Shown in pieces: positions 40,268 through 53,268 of a stretch of 64,000 bases of DNA. The DNA comes from Octopus bimaculoides. Lineage: Eukaryota. The notes beneath the pieces are model-generated. The model did no database searches and was not told where the DNA came from. It saw only the letters and a program-made list of their open reading frames with translations. The stretch lies in the NCBI RefSeq assembly GCF_001194135.2, contig NC_068994.1, forward strand, positions 56,419,821 to 56,483,820, in the 5' to 3' direction. The stretch's first letter is position 1. The number at the start of each line of letters is the position of its first letter. The position numbers and the translations under genes were made by a program.

Positions 40268-41090
40268 TGTGTGTGTGTTTGCACATATGTACTGGCGGCT
40301 GGTTTTAATGAAGTGCTCTACATTTATATGATCTAACCGGGGCAACACTATGTAACAAGCTGCTAGTATGCTCTGAGGCAAATTGAACCTGTGACGTTCC
40401 AATTCCTTTTTCACGGTTGAAGCCACGTTTTTTCACTTAGCTTTTAATGCCCTGAAGATATCGGAGCATTTTCGCAACACAGAATCCTATTTCCCACCAG
40501 CAGCATCGGCACCAGCAGTAGTAACCGTGGTAATTGAGTAAGAAAGAAAATAATTTTATAATTTCTTAATCTCGCTGGAAGAAAATTTCGGCGTTTCCTG
40601 CAAAACTGCAGAAAACTGGAAATAGTTTGTTATTGTCCTTGGCTCATGTGAGCTTGGACATATTAGGGAATGAAAGGGATTTGTAGGCAGTAGTTGCACA
40701 TCCTTGGCAGTAAATATGGGTATAGACAAAAATGACGGAAAATATAGGCGCATTTTGAATGTGCAGGTACGATGCATTATCATTTTATTCCTTGAAATTT
40801 TCAGTTAACGTAAACAGTTTAAATCTTGTTCAACATCTTAACCAAAGTAAACAGACGACTCATCTACGTACTTTGATCTTAGCATGGTTCCTCTCAACCG
40901 CGGAGGCCCTCTGCGACCACAGGGGTTGCAGGAACTTAGCAAGGACCCCGCTCGGATACGTAACGTCGTAGCAAAATTAGTGCTGGTTATAACTTCTACA
41001 GAAAATCTGTAGAGATGGTCTTAACACGTGATCTAAGTGCACTACTAACACTGTAGTACACGGTATTGACTTGTCAAAACGTTTAATATA

Positions 41091-41316
41091 CAGGGTGTTC
41101 AAAAGGTCTCTCCGCAGTGAATCTTTTTCATCCTGTGCATGCACAACTTATCACTGCGTGGGCGGCCGAGTGTCAGCTTTTGTCTCTCAGTCATTGTGTA
41201 TCCTTCAGCGTGTCGGCATGCTAACCATTGAAGAACATAAGTTTTCATAGTCTTATACCATCTTAAAAATATTTATTTTGCAATACTTACTGCGGAGAGA
41301 CTTTTTGAACACGTTG
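41091..41316 (+). mobile_element. Tc1/mariner-superfamily non-autonomous element (MITE, 226 bp)
   Basis: TA|CAGGGTGTTCAAAAGGTCTCTCCGCAGT ... ACTGCGGAGAGACTTTTTGAACACGTTG|TA: ~28-bp TIRs with 3 mismatches and a TA target-site duplication (41089-90, 41317-18). An internal ATG CTA ACC ATT GAA GAA (MLTIEE) resembles a mariner-type transposase start. Confidence 0.85.
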
Positions 41317-42734
41317 TACTTTGTGACATATGATGGTTGCATAACGAGACAGCATTTGCCTTTCAAATCATCAAACGATTCTGAGTGGGCACTAATTTGT
41401 ACTGCGGAAAGTTTCTGTGAACTGTGTTTTCTTAATCTGAGGGTGCACCAATGAATAATGAGGGGTAAGTGCCGCCCAGTGCCCCCCAGTGCCCCCCGTT
41501 ATCGACGAACATGCTTACAGGCAAACACAATGTTGCGCTAGACACACACAGGAAAACATACATACATATACACATATTTACGCATATATTTACAAATATG
41601 TATGCATGTATGTATGTATGTATGTATGTATGTATGTATGAATGTATGTATGTATGTATGCACATACACAGGTACATTGATATATATACATAGGCACATA
41701 CATACCTACACATATACGTACATACAAGCAAATATTCATATGTACATACATATATCTGCTGACATACATACATATACGTATACACATAATACGCATATAT
41801 ACACACACATGAAAGCATACGTTCATACAAACATAGATATACACATACATACATACATACATACACGCATACATATATGTATTCACACGCACATATATAC
41901 NNNNNNNNNNNNNNNNNNNNNNNNNNNNNNNNNNNNNNNNNNNNNNNNNNNNNNNNNNNNNNNNNNNNNNNNNNNNNNNNNNNNNNNNNNNNNNNNNNNN
42001 NNNNNNNNNNNNNNNNNNNNNNNNNNNNNNNNNNNNNNNNNNNNNNNNNNNNNNNNNNNNNNNNNNNNNNNNNNNNNNNNNNNNNNNNNNNNNNNNNNNN
42101 NNNNNNNNNNNNNNNNNNNNNNNNNNNNNNNNNNNNNNNNNNNNNNNNNNNNNNNNNNNNNNNNNNNNNNNNNNNNNNNNNNNNNNNNNNNNNNNNNNNN
42201 NNNNNNNNNNNNNNNNNNNNNNNNNNNNNNNNNNNNNNNNNNNNNNNNNNNNNNNNNNNNNNNNNNNNNNNNNNNNNNNNNNNNNNNNNNNNNNNNNNNN
42301 NNNNNNNNNNNNNNNNNNNNNNNNNNTTGAAACTCAGAGAGGGATGAAATTGGGCGACGTTTGGAGAATCTCATTATCTAGTTGTCTGTCATCACTACGA
42401 GGGAGGGGATGGGGAGAGACGGAGGTGAAATGAGGGGGGGAGGAAAAAGGGGGAGTAGTGAAGAGGTGGAAGAGGGGCTAGATGAAGTGGGGGTAGGTGA
42501 AGTGGAGGAAAAGGTGAAGTGGAGGAAAAGGTGAAGTGGGGCGAGATGAGACTGAAGGATTCAGAGGGTGGAGTGGAGTGGGGGGATGGTCGGCCGGGGA
42601 AACAATAAAAGGCGAAGGCGGAGGAAGCATTTGTAAATATTGTTGTTATTGTTGTTGTTGATGTTGCTGTTGTTAATATGGCTGCCGATATTGTTTAGCA
42701 CCTCCCATCCCCCATATCAGCTCTGAGTGAGTAG

Positions 42735-43300
42735 CTCTTTTGATCTAAGGCGTTCCAGCCGAGACAATCCCGTCTATTTTTTTTTTAACTCACTACGGCT
42801 CCTCCATCTTAATATGCCCGACATCTTTTTTTTATGAGATGTGAGGGAGATTGGCTGTTATATCTAACAGGTCGATATTGTTGTCGTTTAAATCCAAGTC
42901 AGCCTTGAATGACCAGATTTGTGATCAAAAGCATTCCAGCTATGACCACCCTACCGTGACCATCCAGTTTAGTTCCCCCCGTTTCCTTTTGAGAATATCT
43001 CAGACTATAATATCTAACAAAACAGTTTCAAATTCAAGGTTCACGAACCCTAGGGTTCACAAAAGTAGTACTGAATGTCCGTGAGCTGAGACAGACCCTT
43101 CAAAAGCATAGGACCCTAGGGATAATTCGTTTTATTAAATGGAATCTTGTGTAGGGAAAAGGTTACGGGTCACTGATCCAGGTCTATTTATGTTTTTAAA
43201 GATAGAATGTCATTTGAGGGACATATTGGCTGTTACATCTACAGTGTTATAGTTGTTTAGCTCCAAATTAGTTCCAGCCGTGACCATCCCGTTTTTTTTT
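42735..43300 (-). mobile_element. Cluster of degraded family D copies
   Basis: Three repeats of the tgatcaaaagcattccagc(c)atgacca(t)ccc module and two of the gagggagattggctgttatatcta module. Confidence 0.55.
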
Positions 43301-43328
43301 GTTATGTACATATAACCCAGTACACATT

Positions 43329-43520
43329 ACTCTTTTACTTGTTTCAGTCATTTGACTGTGGCCATGCTGGAGCACCGTCTTTAGTCGAGCAAATCGACCC
43401 CAGGACTTATTCTTTGGAAGCCTAGTACGTATTCTATCGGTCTCTTTTGCTGAACTGCTAAGTTATGGGGACGTAAACACACCAGCATCGGTTGTCAAGT
43501 GATGGTGGGGGCACAAACAC
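43329..43520 (-). mobile_element. SINE family B, 3' half
   Basis: ctcttttacttgtttcagtcatttgactgtggccatgctggagcaccg...gacgtaaacacaccagcatcggttgtcaag. Confidence 0.88.
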
Positions 43521-43742
43521 ACACACACACACACACACATATATGTGTGGGTTTAATGACGTCATGTACCAATACCGAAGGAATGCTTAAGGACTACGAT
43601 ACCCGAGGTGTCCTTTATTTACGATGACAGGGTATGATAAATGAGATATTTGGTTGTTACTTCTCGCAGGATCGAAAGACCTTGCAGAGGCCTCTTTAGC
43701 TGGGTTCAATCTCGTTGATGGTGATGTTATGGTCGTTGCTGT

Positions 43743-43777
<35 letters not shown>

Positions 43778-44716
43778 GTGATGATGATGGTGATGATGAT
43801 GGTGGTGATGATGATGCTATTGTTGATGCTAATAATGATGATGATGATGATGTTGATGTTGTCGCTGTTAATGTTGTTGTTTGTGTTGCCCTGTCGAAAG
43901 AAATGTAATAACGCGGTTTAGCGAAGCGTGATCGCTCATCGCCGCCTCCCCCTCCTCCTCACCTCATCCCCCCCAATCCCCCTACACCGGGTCACTTAAA
44001 GCTACGTTCGCTTTAAACCCTCCAACCAAAACACTCACTNNNNNNNNNNNNNNNNNNNNNNNNNNNNNNNNNNNNNNNNNNNNNNNNNNNNNNNNNNNNN
44101 NNNNNNNNNNNNNNNNNNNNNNNNNNNNNNNNNNNNNNNNNNNNNNNNNNNNNNNNNNNNNNNNNNNNNNNNNNNNNNNNNNNNNNNNNNNNNNNNNNNN
44201 NNNNNNNNNNNNNNNNNNNNNNNNNNNNNNNNNNNNNNNNNNNNNNNNNNNNNNNNNNNNNNNNNNNNNNNNNNNNNNNNNNNNNNNNNNNNNNNNNNNN
44301 NNNNNNNNNNNNNNNNNNNNNNNNNNNNNNNNNNNNNNNNNNNNNNNNNNNNNNNNNNNNNNNNNNNNNNNNNNNNNNNNNNNNNNNNNNNNNNNNNNNN
44401 NNNNNNNNNNNNNNNNNNNNNNNNNNNNNNNNNNNCGCCACCACAATCACTACCGCCGCCGCCACCTCCACCACCAGCATACCTTCCATTATTACTTCCA
44501 TGTCCGACACCGCTCGCTACAAACATCAACTACTACCACCACTACCACTACTACTACTACTACTACAACCACCACATTCATCATGAACACCTCCCACATC
44601 ATATTCATCATCATCATCATCATCATCATTGCCATTGTCTCAATTATCCTTTTGCCTTTAACTCCACCGCCCCGTCATTTTCATCCTTATCATCGTCATC
44701 GCCAATACCACAATCG

Positions 44717-44747
<31 letters not shown>

Positions 44748-45122
44748 CGTCGTCGCCGCCACTGCCGTCATTGTGACCTTCTGTGCCGCCCTCGGCCCCA
44801 CCACCCCACCATCATTATCTTTTCCATTCAATCATTTTATGTTGGTTTCTTTATCCGTCCAAATCATTATGTTCCCTCGTTGTCGTGCCATTTTCTGTCT
44901 CCGCCTATGGCTCTACTGTGCCACCTAAAGTCACCAACTCATTGCTGCTCGACAATCAGTGGATGGATGGATGGAGTACAAACACAGACACACGCATGTA
45001 TATACAATATATCTACACGGCGAGCTTCCTCACAGTTTCCTTCTACACTTGGCAACAACTGGTGGTGCTTTGTTTCCGTCCCAATAACTAGGCAGTTCGA
45101 CAAAACAGACCGATAGAATTCG

Positions 45123-45500
45123 TGGCACTCCGTCGGTTACGACGATGAGGGTTCCAGTTGATCCGATCAATGGAACAGCTTGCTCGTGAAATTAACGCGC
45201 AAGTGGTTGAGCACTCCACAGACACGTATACCTTTAACGTAGTTCTCAAGGGAGATTCAGCGTGACACAGAGTGTGACAAGGCTGGCTCTTTGAAATACA
45301 GGCACAACAGAAACGGGAAGAAAGAGTTAGGGAAAGTAGTGGTGAAAAAACGCAGCAGGGTTCTCCCCCCCCCCTGCCGGATCATCGAGGAACTTTGGGT
45401 GTTTTTCGCTCAATAAACACTCACACCGCCCGTTTGTGAACCGAAACCGCGATCCTACGACCGCGAATCCGCTGCCCTACACACTGGGCAATTGCGCATC
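45123..45500 (-). mobile_element. SINE family C1, full length
   Basis: Head (reverse complement gcgcaattgcccagtgtgtagggcagcggattcgcggtcgtagg) plus the 3' module tggcactccgtcggttacgacg...gacaaggctggctctttgaaatacagg. Confidence 0.85.
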
Positions 45501-46570
45501 CACACTAAAACAATATTTCTGATCTGAAAGAAGAAAATGACGGAATTTCAAATCAGAATTTAGCAAGATGGACTCTTAAATACCGCAAAGCTTCTAACTC
45601 GGCGTCAATTAGTATTAAGTGATAATTAAGAGTAACCGGATCTTTAGTAAAACTAGGATTTATACGAGCAATTGACTTGTTCGCCAATCAAGCAAACTAG
45701 CTAAACTAATCAACCAAATAGGTCGTTACTGAAATAACTAATTAAGTAATTATCAGATTAATTACTAGATTAGGTGGAAGCGTCTTGCCTCTATGCAGTT
45801 GGTTGACGTGTTGGAAGTCGTAGCCAAATCATAACAAAGCACTGAGTAAGTTGTAAAAAATAGAAGGATTTTGTTAGGTTAGATATCGAAAGGAAAAACA
45901 ATAAAACAGGGTGGTCACAACTGGATCAACTTTGATCGGGCGATTTGATCGTTGAAAGCTGATTGTGAGCCTTGACAACAACAGCAAAAACAACAACAGC
46001 AGCAGCAGCAGCAACAACAACAAACAGCATTATGGTCTAGCAAGAGAGTATTCACGCAGTAGCTCGATTTGCTAGAGATAGTAGCCAAGTCTTGTTCTGA
46101 TACCATAAAAAGAAAAAAACGAAGGGTACCTATTTTAAATACAAATCCATAAAAAAAGAAAAGAAAAAGATGATGATGATGATGTTGATGATGATGATGA
46201 ATGTGACGACGATGACAAACGACATCGACGAAAACGGTGAGGAAATCGACAACGACGACGATGATGATGATGATGATGGTAACGAAGTCGATAAACGATT
46301 CTGATGACGGCGTTGATGATGATGATTGGGCACAGGTGAACCGCGACTGAGTAGAACAGTGCCAAAAAGCATGTCAAGCGTGACCAACCCACTGGTTTTA
46401 TGAGAATCTATCTCTATGCATGACTTCATTATCTAACGTTTCCTTACCGCAGTTTTTTTTTTCGAAAGACGCGAGGCGAGTGACAGGAAGGCGATTTAGC
46501 TACTATTTCTAGCAAATGGAGTGGTGTCGGGCAGGTTTCTTCATTGGCTTCAAAGAAACGAAGGGACCAC

Positions 46571-46795
46571 AAGGCGGCGGAGCTGGGCAGAAACGTTAGC
46601 ACGCCGGACGAAATGCTTAGCGGTATTTCGTCCGTCTTTACGTTCTGAGTTCAAATTCCGCCGAGGTCGACTTTGCCTTTCATCCTTTCGATATCGATAA
46701 GCTAAATACCAGTTGCGTACTTGATTCGATTTAATCAACTGCCCCCCCCCCCATCTCCCCAAAAATTTTGGGCCTTGTGCCTAGAGTAGAAAAGG
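46571..46795 (+). mobile_element. SINE family A, full length, young
   Basis: aaggcggcggagctgggcagaaacgttagcacgccggacgaaatgcttagcgg...gagttcaaattccgccgaggtcgactttgcc...gggccttgtgcctagagtagaaaag. Confidence 0.9.
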
Positions 46796-47745
46796 GACGG
46801 GGAGGTCATAGGCATTCTTGACAAGATCTGATACGCAACAACAACCGTATGAACAGCAACCGCTACTAAGTCCACCACCACCACCACCATTACTACTACT
46901 ACTACTACTACTACTAACCTTCGCGACTACCACTGCTATTCCTTCTCCCCCACACCTCGTGCTAGATTTAATAACCAGCAAATCTTTGATCAAGAACCGC
47001 AATTAATACTTTGAAGACAAAAAGATGGTATATAAATTTCCACGCACTAATAAGTACCAGAAGACATCTCTACCTATCCGCGTGTGTGTGTGTCTACCTG
47101 TAGTCAGTATCAAACATTTTTCATACCAAAGTTTAATAACAAGGTATTCAGGAATTTTTCGGTTGAATGTTAAANNNNNNNNNNNNNNNNNNNNNNNNNN
47201 NNNNNNNNNNNNNNNNNNNNNNNNNNNNNNNNNNNNNNNNNNNNNNNNNNNNNNNNNNNNNNNNNNNNNNNNNNNNNNNNNNNNNNNNNNNNNNNNNNNN
47301 NNNNNNNNNNNNNNNNNNNNNNNNNNNNNNNNNNNNNNNNNNNNNNNNNNNNNNNNNNNNNNNNNNNNNNNNNNNNNNNNNNNNNNNNNNNNNNNNNNNN
47401 NNNNNNNNNNNNNNNNNNNNNNNNNNNNNNNNNNNNNNNNNNNNNNNNNNNNNNNNNNNNNNNNNNNNNNNNNNNNNNNNNNNNNNNNNNNNNNNNNNNN
47501 NNNNNNNNNNNNNNNNNNNNNNNNNNNNNNNNNNNNNNNNNNNNNNNNNNNNNNNNNNNNNNNNNNNNNNNNNNNNNNNNNNNNNNNNNNNNNNNNNNNN
47601 NNNNNNNNNNNNNNNNNNNNNNNNNNNNNNNNNNNNNNNNNNNNNNNNNNNNNNNNNNNNNNNNNNNNNNNNNNNNNNNNNNNNNNNNNNNNNNNNNNNN
47701 NNNNNNNNNNNNNNNNNNNNNNNNNNNNNNNNNNNNNNNNNNNNN

Positions 47746-47798
<53 letters not shown>

Positions 47799-47983
47799 AT
47801 ATATATATATGTATATATATATGTGTGTGTGTATATAATGATTATGTATTGGAATTGGGATATTAATAACCAGTTGTTAGATCTCGGTGTATTAAAGCTT
47901 TCGATTAAAAGGGCAGGAGAATACAGAGTATGAGAATAACATCAATTGAGAAATGACAATGGAATAGAAGTGATGTGAACACT

Positions 47984-48078
47984 TTCATTGGCTTACAGCT
48001 GTTTCGGCAGTAGGGAATATTGCATTCACAGGTGAATGCTCGTTCGACATTATATTGCTTCCTCGGAGCTATTACAAT
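47984..48078 (-). ncRNA. Damaged minimal type I hammerhead motif with long (54 nt) helix II insert
   Basis: Minus strand: cattgtaatagct-CCGAGGA(U4->C)-aGCA..[hairpin gcattca/tgaatgc]..TGCc-GAAA-C-AGCT-G-TA-agccaatg. Palindromic AGCT loop III; helix I is gct/agc plus cattg/caatg separated by a bulge. Confidence 0.55.
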
Positions 48079-48486
48079 GCTTCTTATGGTAAATACACCT
48101 TTAAGCTAATGAAACTGATTTTGTAACCTCTTGTCTTCTGTCATTCATAAATTCCCGCACAAACGCACGCACACGCATGTACATGTAATATATATACATG
48201 TTTATTCTACTAAATATCAATCTATTTATCTATGTATCTATCTGTCTGTCTGTATATCTGTCTGTCTCTATACCTGGCTACAAATATATACACAAAGTAT
48301 GTCTCTGTGTATACACGCACGAATGTACATACTTTACACACAGACATACACACACACACACACACACACACCGCATATACACAGGCACACACATACACAC
48401 CACATATATACACAGACACTCAGGCACACACACATACACACAGAGGCATGTTCATTAAAATATTTGCATAATTTACCATGCCGTTA

Positions 48487-48548
48487 GCACACCGCTGAAG
48501 ACTCTGTCTTCGTATAATATTTCAGAGTGAAACCAATCTCTCAGTGTC
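48487..48548 (+). ncRNA. Damaged hammerhead motif
   Basis: gcacaccg-CTGAAGA-CTCTG-(16 nt)-CAGAG-t-GAAAC-caat-cTC-tcagtgtc. Perfect 5-bp helix II; G16.2 is lost and helix I is only partial. Confidence 0.4.
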
Positions 48549-49517
48549 TCATGCTTTAAAATGTCATTGAGAACACGGATTCATAGATATTCAATTCCAC
48601 TAGATAATTAATTAATTAAGTAAGTAAGTAATTAGCCGGAGAATTCTTCGGCACGTACTTCATTATCTATTAGTATAGTTGACACGATACCGAATATTTC
48701 CATCTTTAGATTCTCTGGTGTGAAATGCGTTTATCAGAAGAGGGATCTCAACAAATATGATGAGAATGAAAATGTGGGAAAGTTCCATATGATACTTACC
48801 ATTCCTCTAGATATTTCCAAAGAATTTAACTTTCGAGAATTGCGGAAAGACTTACGGTTAAATACAAGTCCTGATCAAAAATTATCTGGACTGGTGCTAT
48901 AAAAAAAAGGACCACAACACATATCAGCTTGGCATTCAATCACGTTCGATGATGACCCCTTCTGAAGCCATGTTTATCCCCTTGTGGGCAATAAAGAAAT
49001 AGTTATTGTTGTCGTATTTTAGCTTCTAGTCATCTCTAATTGAATACATTTGAGTAAATGTATTCCGGGTGTGACCATCCTGTCCTTTTACTGAATACAC
49101 ACAACCAATGACCACATCATCCAACGTACCCCTTTCTAAGACATTTGGATGGCATCTAAGGAAGACTCGGCTGCTGTCTTTAACAGATAAAGAACCACGT
49201 AGAAACCTCCGACATTGAATCGGGTTGTGGATATGAAATATAATGATTCGAACGAAAAGCGAAAACGGATCTCCGGTTCGGTTCAGATTGTTGTAACATA
49301 CACTCATAAAACATGGTGTTGCCAGTTGAACAAGAAAGTGTCAGCTAATTAAGAAATGTAATCAAGCGAGGAAAAAACGTGATAGGTATTTAATTTCATA
49401 CACAACACCTGTGGTTAAAGAATTTTCTTTACAATTATTAATTGGTCTTTCAAGTGTAACGATGACACATCACACCACAATTCCTCTTTTTGACTCTTGT
49501 TCTTGCAGCTGGCAGTT

Positions 49518-49560
<43 letters not shown>

Positions 49561-50697
49561 ACACACACAAGTTTTATACATATACATGCACACAAGCATG
49601 TTATATATATATATATATATATATATANNNNNNNNNNNNNNNNNNNNNNNNNNNNNNNNNNNNNNNNNNNNNNNNNNNNNNNNNNNNNNNNNNNNNNNNN
49701 NNNNNNNNNNNNNNNNNNNNNNNNNNNNNNNNNNNNNNNNNNNNNNNNNNNNNNNNNNNNNNNNNNNNNNNNNNNNNNNNNNNNNNNNNNNNNNNNNNNN
49801 NNNNNNNNNNNNNNNNNNNNNNNNNNNNNNNNNNNNNNNNNNNNNNNNNNNNNNNNNNNNNNNNNNNNNNNNNNNNNNNNNNNNNNNNNNNNNNNNNNNN
49901 NNNNNNNNNNNNNNNNNNNNNNNNNNNNNNNNNNNNNNNNNNNNNNNNNNNNNNNNNNNNNNNNNNNNNNNNNNNNNNNNNNNNNNNNNNNNNNNNNNNN
50001 NNNNNNNNNNNNNNNNNNNNNNNNNNNNNNNNNNNNNNNNNNNNNNNNNNNNNNNNNNNNNNNNNNNNNNNNNNNNNNNNNNNNNNNNNNNNNNNNNNNN
50101 NNNNNNNNNNNNNNNNNNNNNNNNNNNNNNNNNNNNNNNNNNNNNNNNNNNNNNNNNNNNNNNNNNNNNNNNNNNNNNNNNNNNNNNNNNNNNNNNNNNN
50201 NNNNNNNNNNNNNNNNNNNNNNNNNNNNNNNNNNNNNNNNNNNNNNNNNNNNNNNNNNNNNNNNNNNNNNNNNNNNNNNNNNNNNNNNNNNNNNNNNNNN
50301 NNNNNNNNNNNNNNNNNNNNNNNNNNNNNNNNNNNNNNNNNNNNATATATAGACACGTTTGTGCGTATATATGTATATATATGGGTATATAACATGAATA
50401 TATGATGTGTATATATACGTATATATATATGTATATATATATATACATATATATGTATGTGTGTGTGTATATATATTATATATATATCTATGTATGTATG
50501 TATATAAGTATGAGTATATATGTTAATGGAGAAAAATGATTAGTGCGTAAAAGAAACGGAGAGAAAACAGTGTATGTGTGTGTGTGTGTTTACTGACCTT
50601 GTTCCTGTGAATCCGTGTATGTGTGTGTATTTGTGAAATAGAGCGAAAGATGGATAAGGAGCTATAAACACCCACCTTCGCACATACGTGTATATAT

Positions 50698-50736
<39 letters not shown>

Positions 50737-50852
50737 NNNNNNNNNNCTTCAGCCATTGGAATGCGACCATGCTGGGTCAGTCACAGTATTGAAGTGCTTT
50801 TTTTCAGCTGGATTTTTCATCATCATCTTCATCATTATCATTATTATTATTT

Positions 50853-51200
50853 CACCCGTCGCTACGTTCTGAGTTCAAATTCCGCCGAGGTCAACTTTGT
50901 CTTTCATCCTTCTGTGGTCAATAAAACAAGTACCAGTTGAATACTAGAGTCGATGTAATCGACATATCCCCACCTCCCCTAAGCTGCCCTTGTCGCAAAA
51001 AATTGAAATAATAATAATAACTATTATTATTATTAAGCCAGTAGCGAAATGGCAGAATCGTTAGATCTTCGGAGGAAAATACCTTTTGGTATTTCTTCTG
51101 GCTCTTTAATTTCTGAGTTCAAAATCCGCCGAGGTCGATTTTGCCTTGCACCTCTCGGGGCCCAAGAAATAAGTGCCAGTTGTGTACTGGGGTCGATCTA
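50853..51200 (+). mobile_element. Two tandem SINE family A copies
   Basis: Two successive matches to ctgagttcaaa(t)tccgccgaggtc(a/g)a...gtacc/gtgccagttg...gtcgat, at about 50853-51005 and 51035-51200. Confidence 0.8.
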
Positions 51201-51545
51201 AGATTATTATTATTCGCACAGTAAAGCGTGTCCCTATCTTGAACAGGAGGAGATTGACCGACGATTTGCAAAGAAACTTTTAAGCCCTTAAATCCAAGGG
51301 CTCTCTCATTGTTTCAGTGTCCTTCGTTTTTTAGGAAGACAGTGTGTGATTTGCGGGAAATTTGGCTGCTATTAATATCGGTGTCGAAATCGAGCGACCA
51401 ACCGCGTAGATTCTTTCATGTTGCTGTCTATTAAAATAACTTAAACGGCAGATGTGTTTTATTTGTTGTCTATAAGGACTATTTAACATGTTTAGAGCAC
51501 CTACTGTTGTTGTCAGTGAACTAAATGCGTTCTCCTCACGATACC

Positions 51546-51561
51546 CAGCGCCCTCTGCTGC
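51546..51561 (-). promoter_or_regulatory. CTCF-like motif
   Basis: Minus strand GCAGCAGAGGGCGCTG matches 13/14 of CCASYAGRKGGCRS, in unique sequence. Confidence 0.4.
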
Positions 51562-51841
51562 GTATGAAACTGTTAGATTTTACCCACACAACCACAAACA
51601 CAAACACAAAAGACGTCATCGTCGTTTTCGTTATCGATAAAAACAAAAGACACTGTTTATTTATTAATTTGTATATATATATTTTTTGAAAGAAACCAAG
51701 AAATAAAGAAGAAAAGGAAAAGGATAAAAGAAAGAAGAACCAAAGAAACATTGGTGAAGAAGAGAACAAAAAAAGGCGGGTGAAGGGCGTCGTTTTATTT
51801 TTCTTTCTCATCCTGCAACTCCACTACAACCACCCCTTACC

Positions 51842-51891
<50 letters not shown>

Positions 51892-52352
51892 ATCGTCTCC
51901 ACACCCACCCATTCTCGTTACATTTTCTCACCATTCCTGAAGGAATGTTTTAACCATCGACATTTTAATCTTAACAGCAAACATTAACTCCAAAGATAAC
52001 ACGAAACCAACGTTCAGCTGCACAACAAAATGGCGTCCGTTTCAAATGTTGACTCATTGCGACCGATTATTATTATTATTATTAATATTATTATTACTAT
52101 TATTATTATTATGTATTTTTGTAAATTTCTCTCTGAAAATTTGTTATTGTTGTTGTTGTTGTTGCTATGTTGATTCTTTTTTTATATATTGTATTATTGT
52201 TTGCTTGTTTGTTTTTTTTATATCTGTGTTTCTTTACGAAATTATATTCATCAAAGTTGTTTATTTTTGTGATTTACATCAAGAATCTGAGAATCTTACT
52301 TCTTTTTCTTCTTCTTCTTCTTCTTGGTCTACAGATAGAGAAGAAGAAAGAG

Positions 52353-52411
<59 letters not shown>

Positions 52412-52603
52412 GAGACAGAGAAGAAGAGTTTGGAACGTTTGCTGTGTTTCTGTTGGTTTGTAATGCATTTTGTTTTATTGTTTTTGTTTTCTTTATTTTG
52501 TCATTTATTTGTTTGATTTACTCGCCCCGCCCCTTCCCCCTTTTTATATCTGTCTTCTTCCTGTCTTGTTAAACAGTAATCAACTGAACTGAACGTTTTG
52601 CCC

Positions 52604-52665
<62 letters not shown>

Positions 52666-52783
52666 TATATTATATATATATACATACATACAATNNNNNN
52701 NNNNNNNNNNNNNNNNNNNNNNNNNNNNNNNNNNNNNNNNNNNNNNNNNNNNNNNNNNNNNNNNNNNNNNNNNNNNNNNNNNN

Positions 52784-52836
<53 letters not shown>

Positions 52837-53231
52837 TATATACTTGTGCGTGCGGTTGCGTGTTTGTGTATATCACAAATTTGTAGACAGAAATATTAAA
52901 TTTTAAGCTTACACTTCTTTACTCTTTCTTACACACACACATACATTTATATATATATGAATGTATAGACATATGTAAAATGTAAATAAACATATATAGA
53001 TTTATTCAAATATACAAATATATATACATCACTATACATATATACACAATCACATATATAAGCAGCTATATATACACCTGTATACATATATACATATGCG
53101 TATGTGTATATTAGTAAATATATATATATGTATATATATATATACATATATTTAATAATAAAGAAAAGTGTTTATAATTTAATACTCTGGTTGCAAATTT
53201 AATTTTACTTCAGTATGTGTACATAAAAGTG

Positions 53232-53268
<37 letters not shown>

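Noticed and set aside
42420-42600. G-rich tract with a short 17-mer tandem (ggtgaagtggaggaaaa), possible G-quadruplex
   Set aside because: Low-complexity purine tract typical of this genome, with nothing linking it to function.
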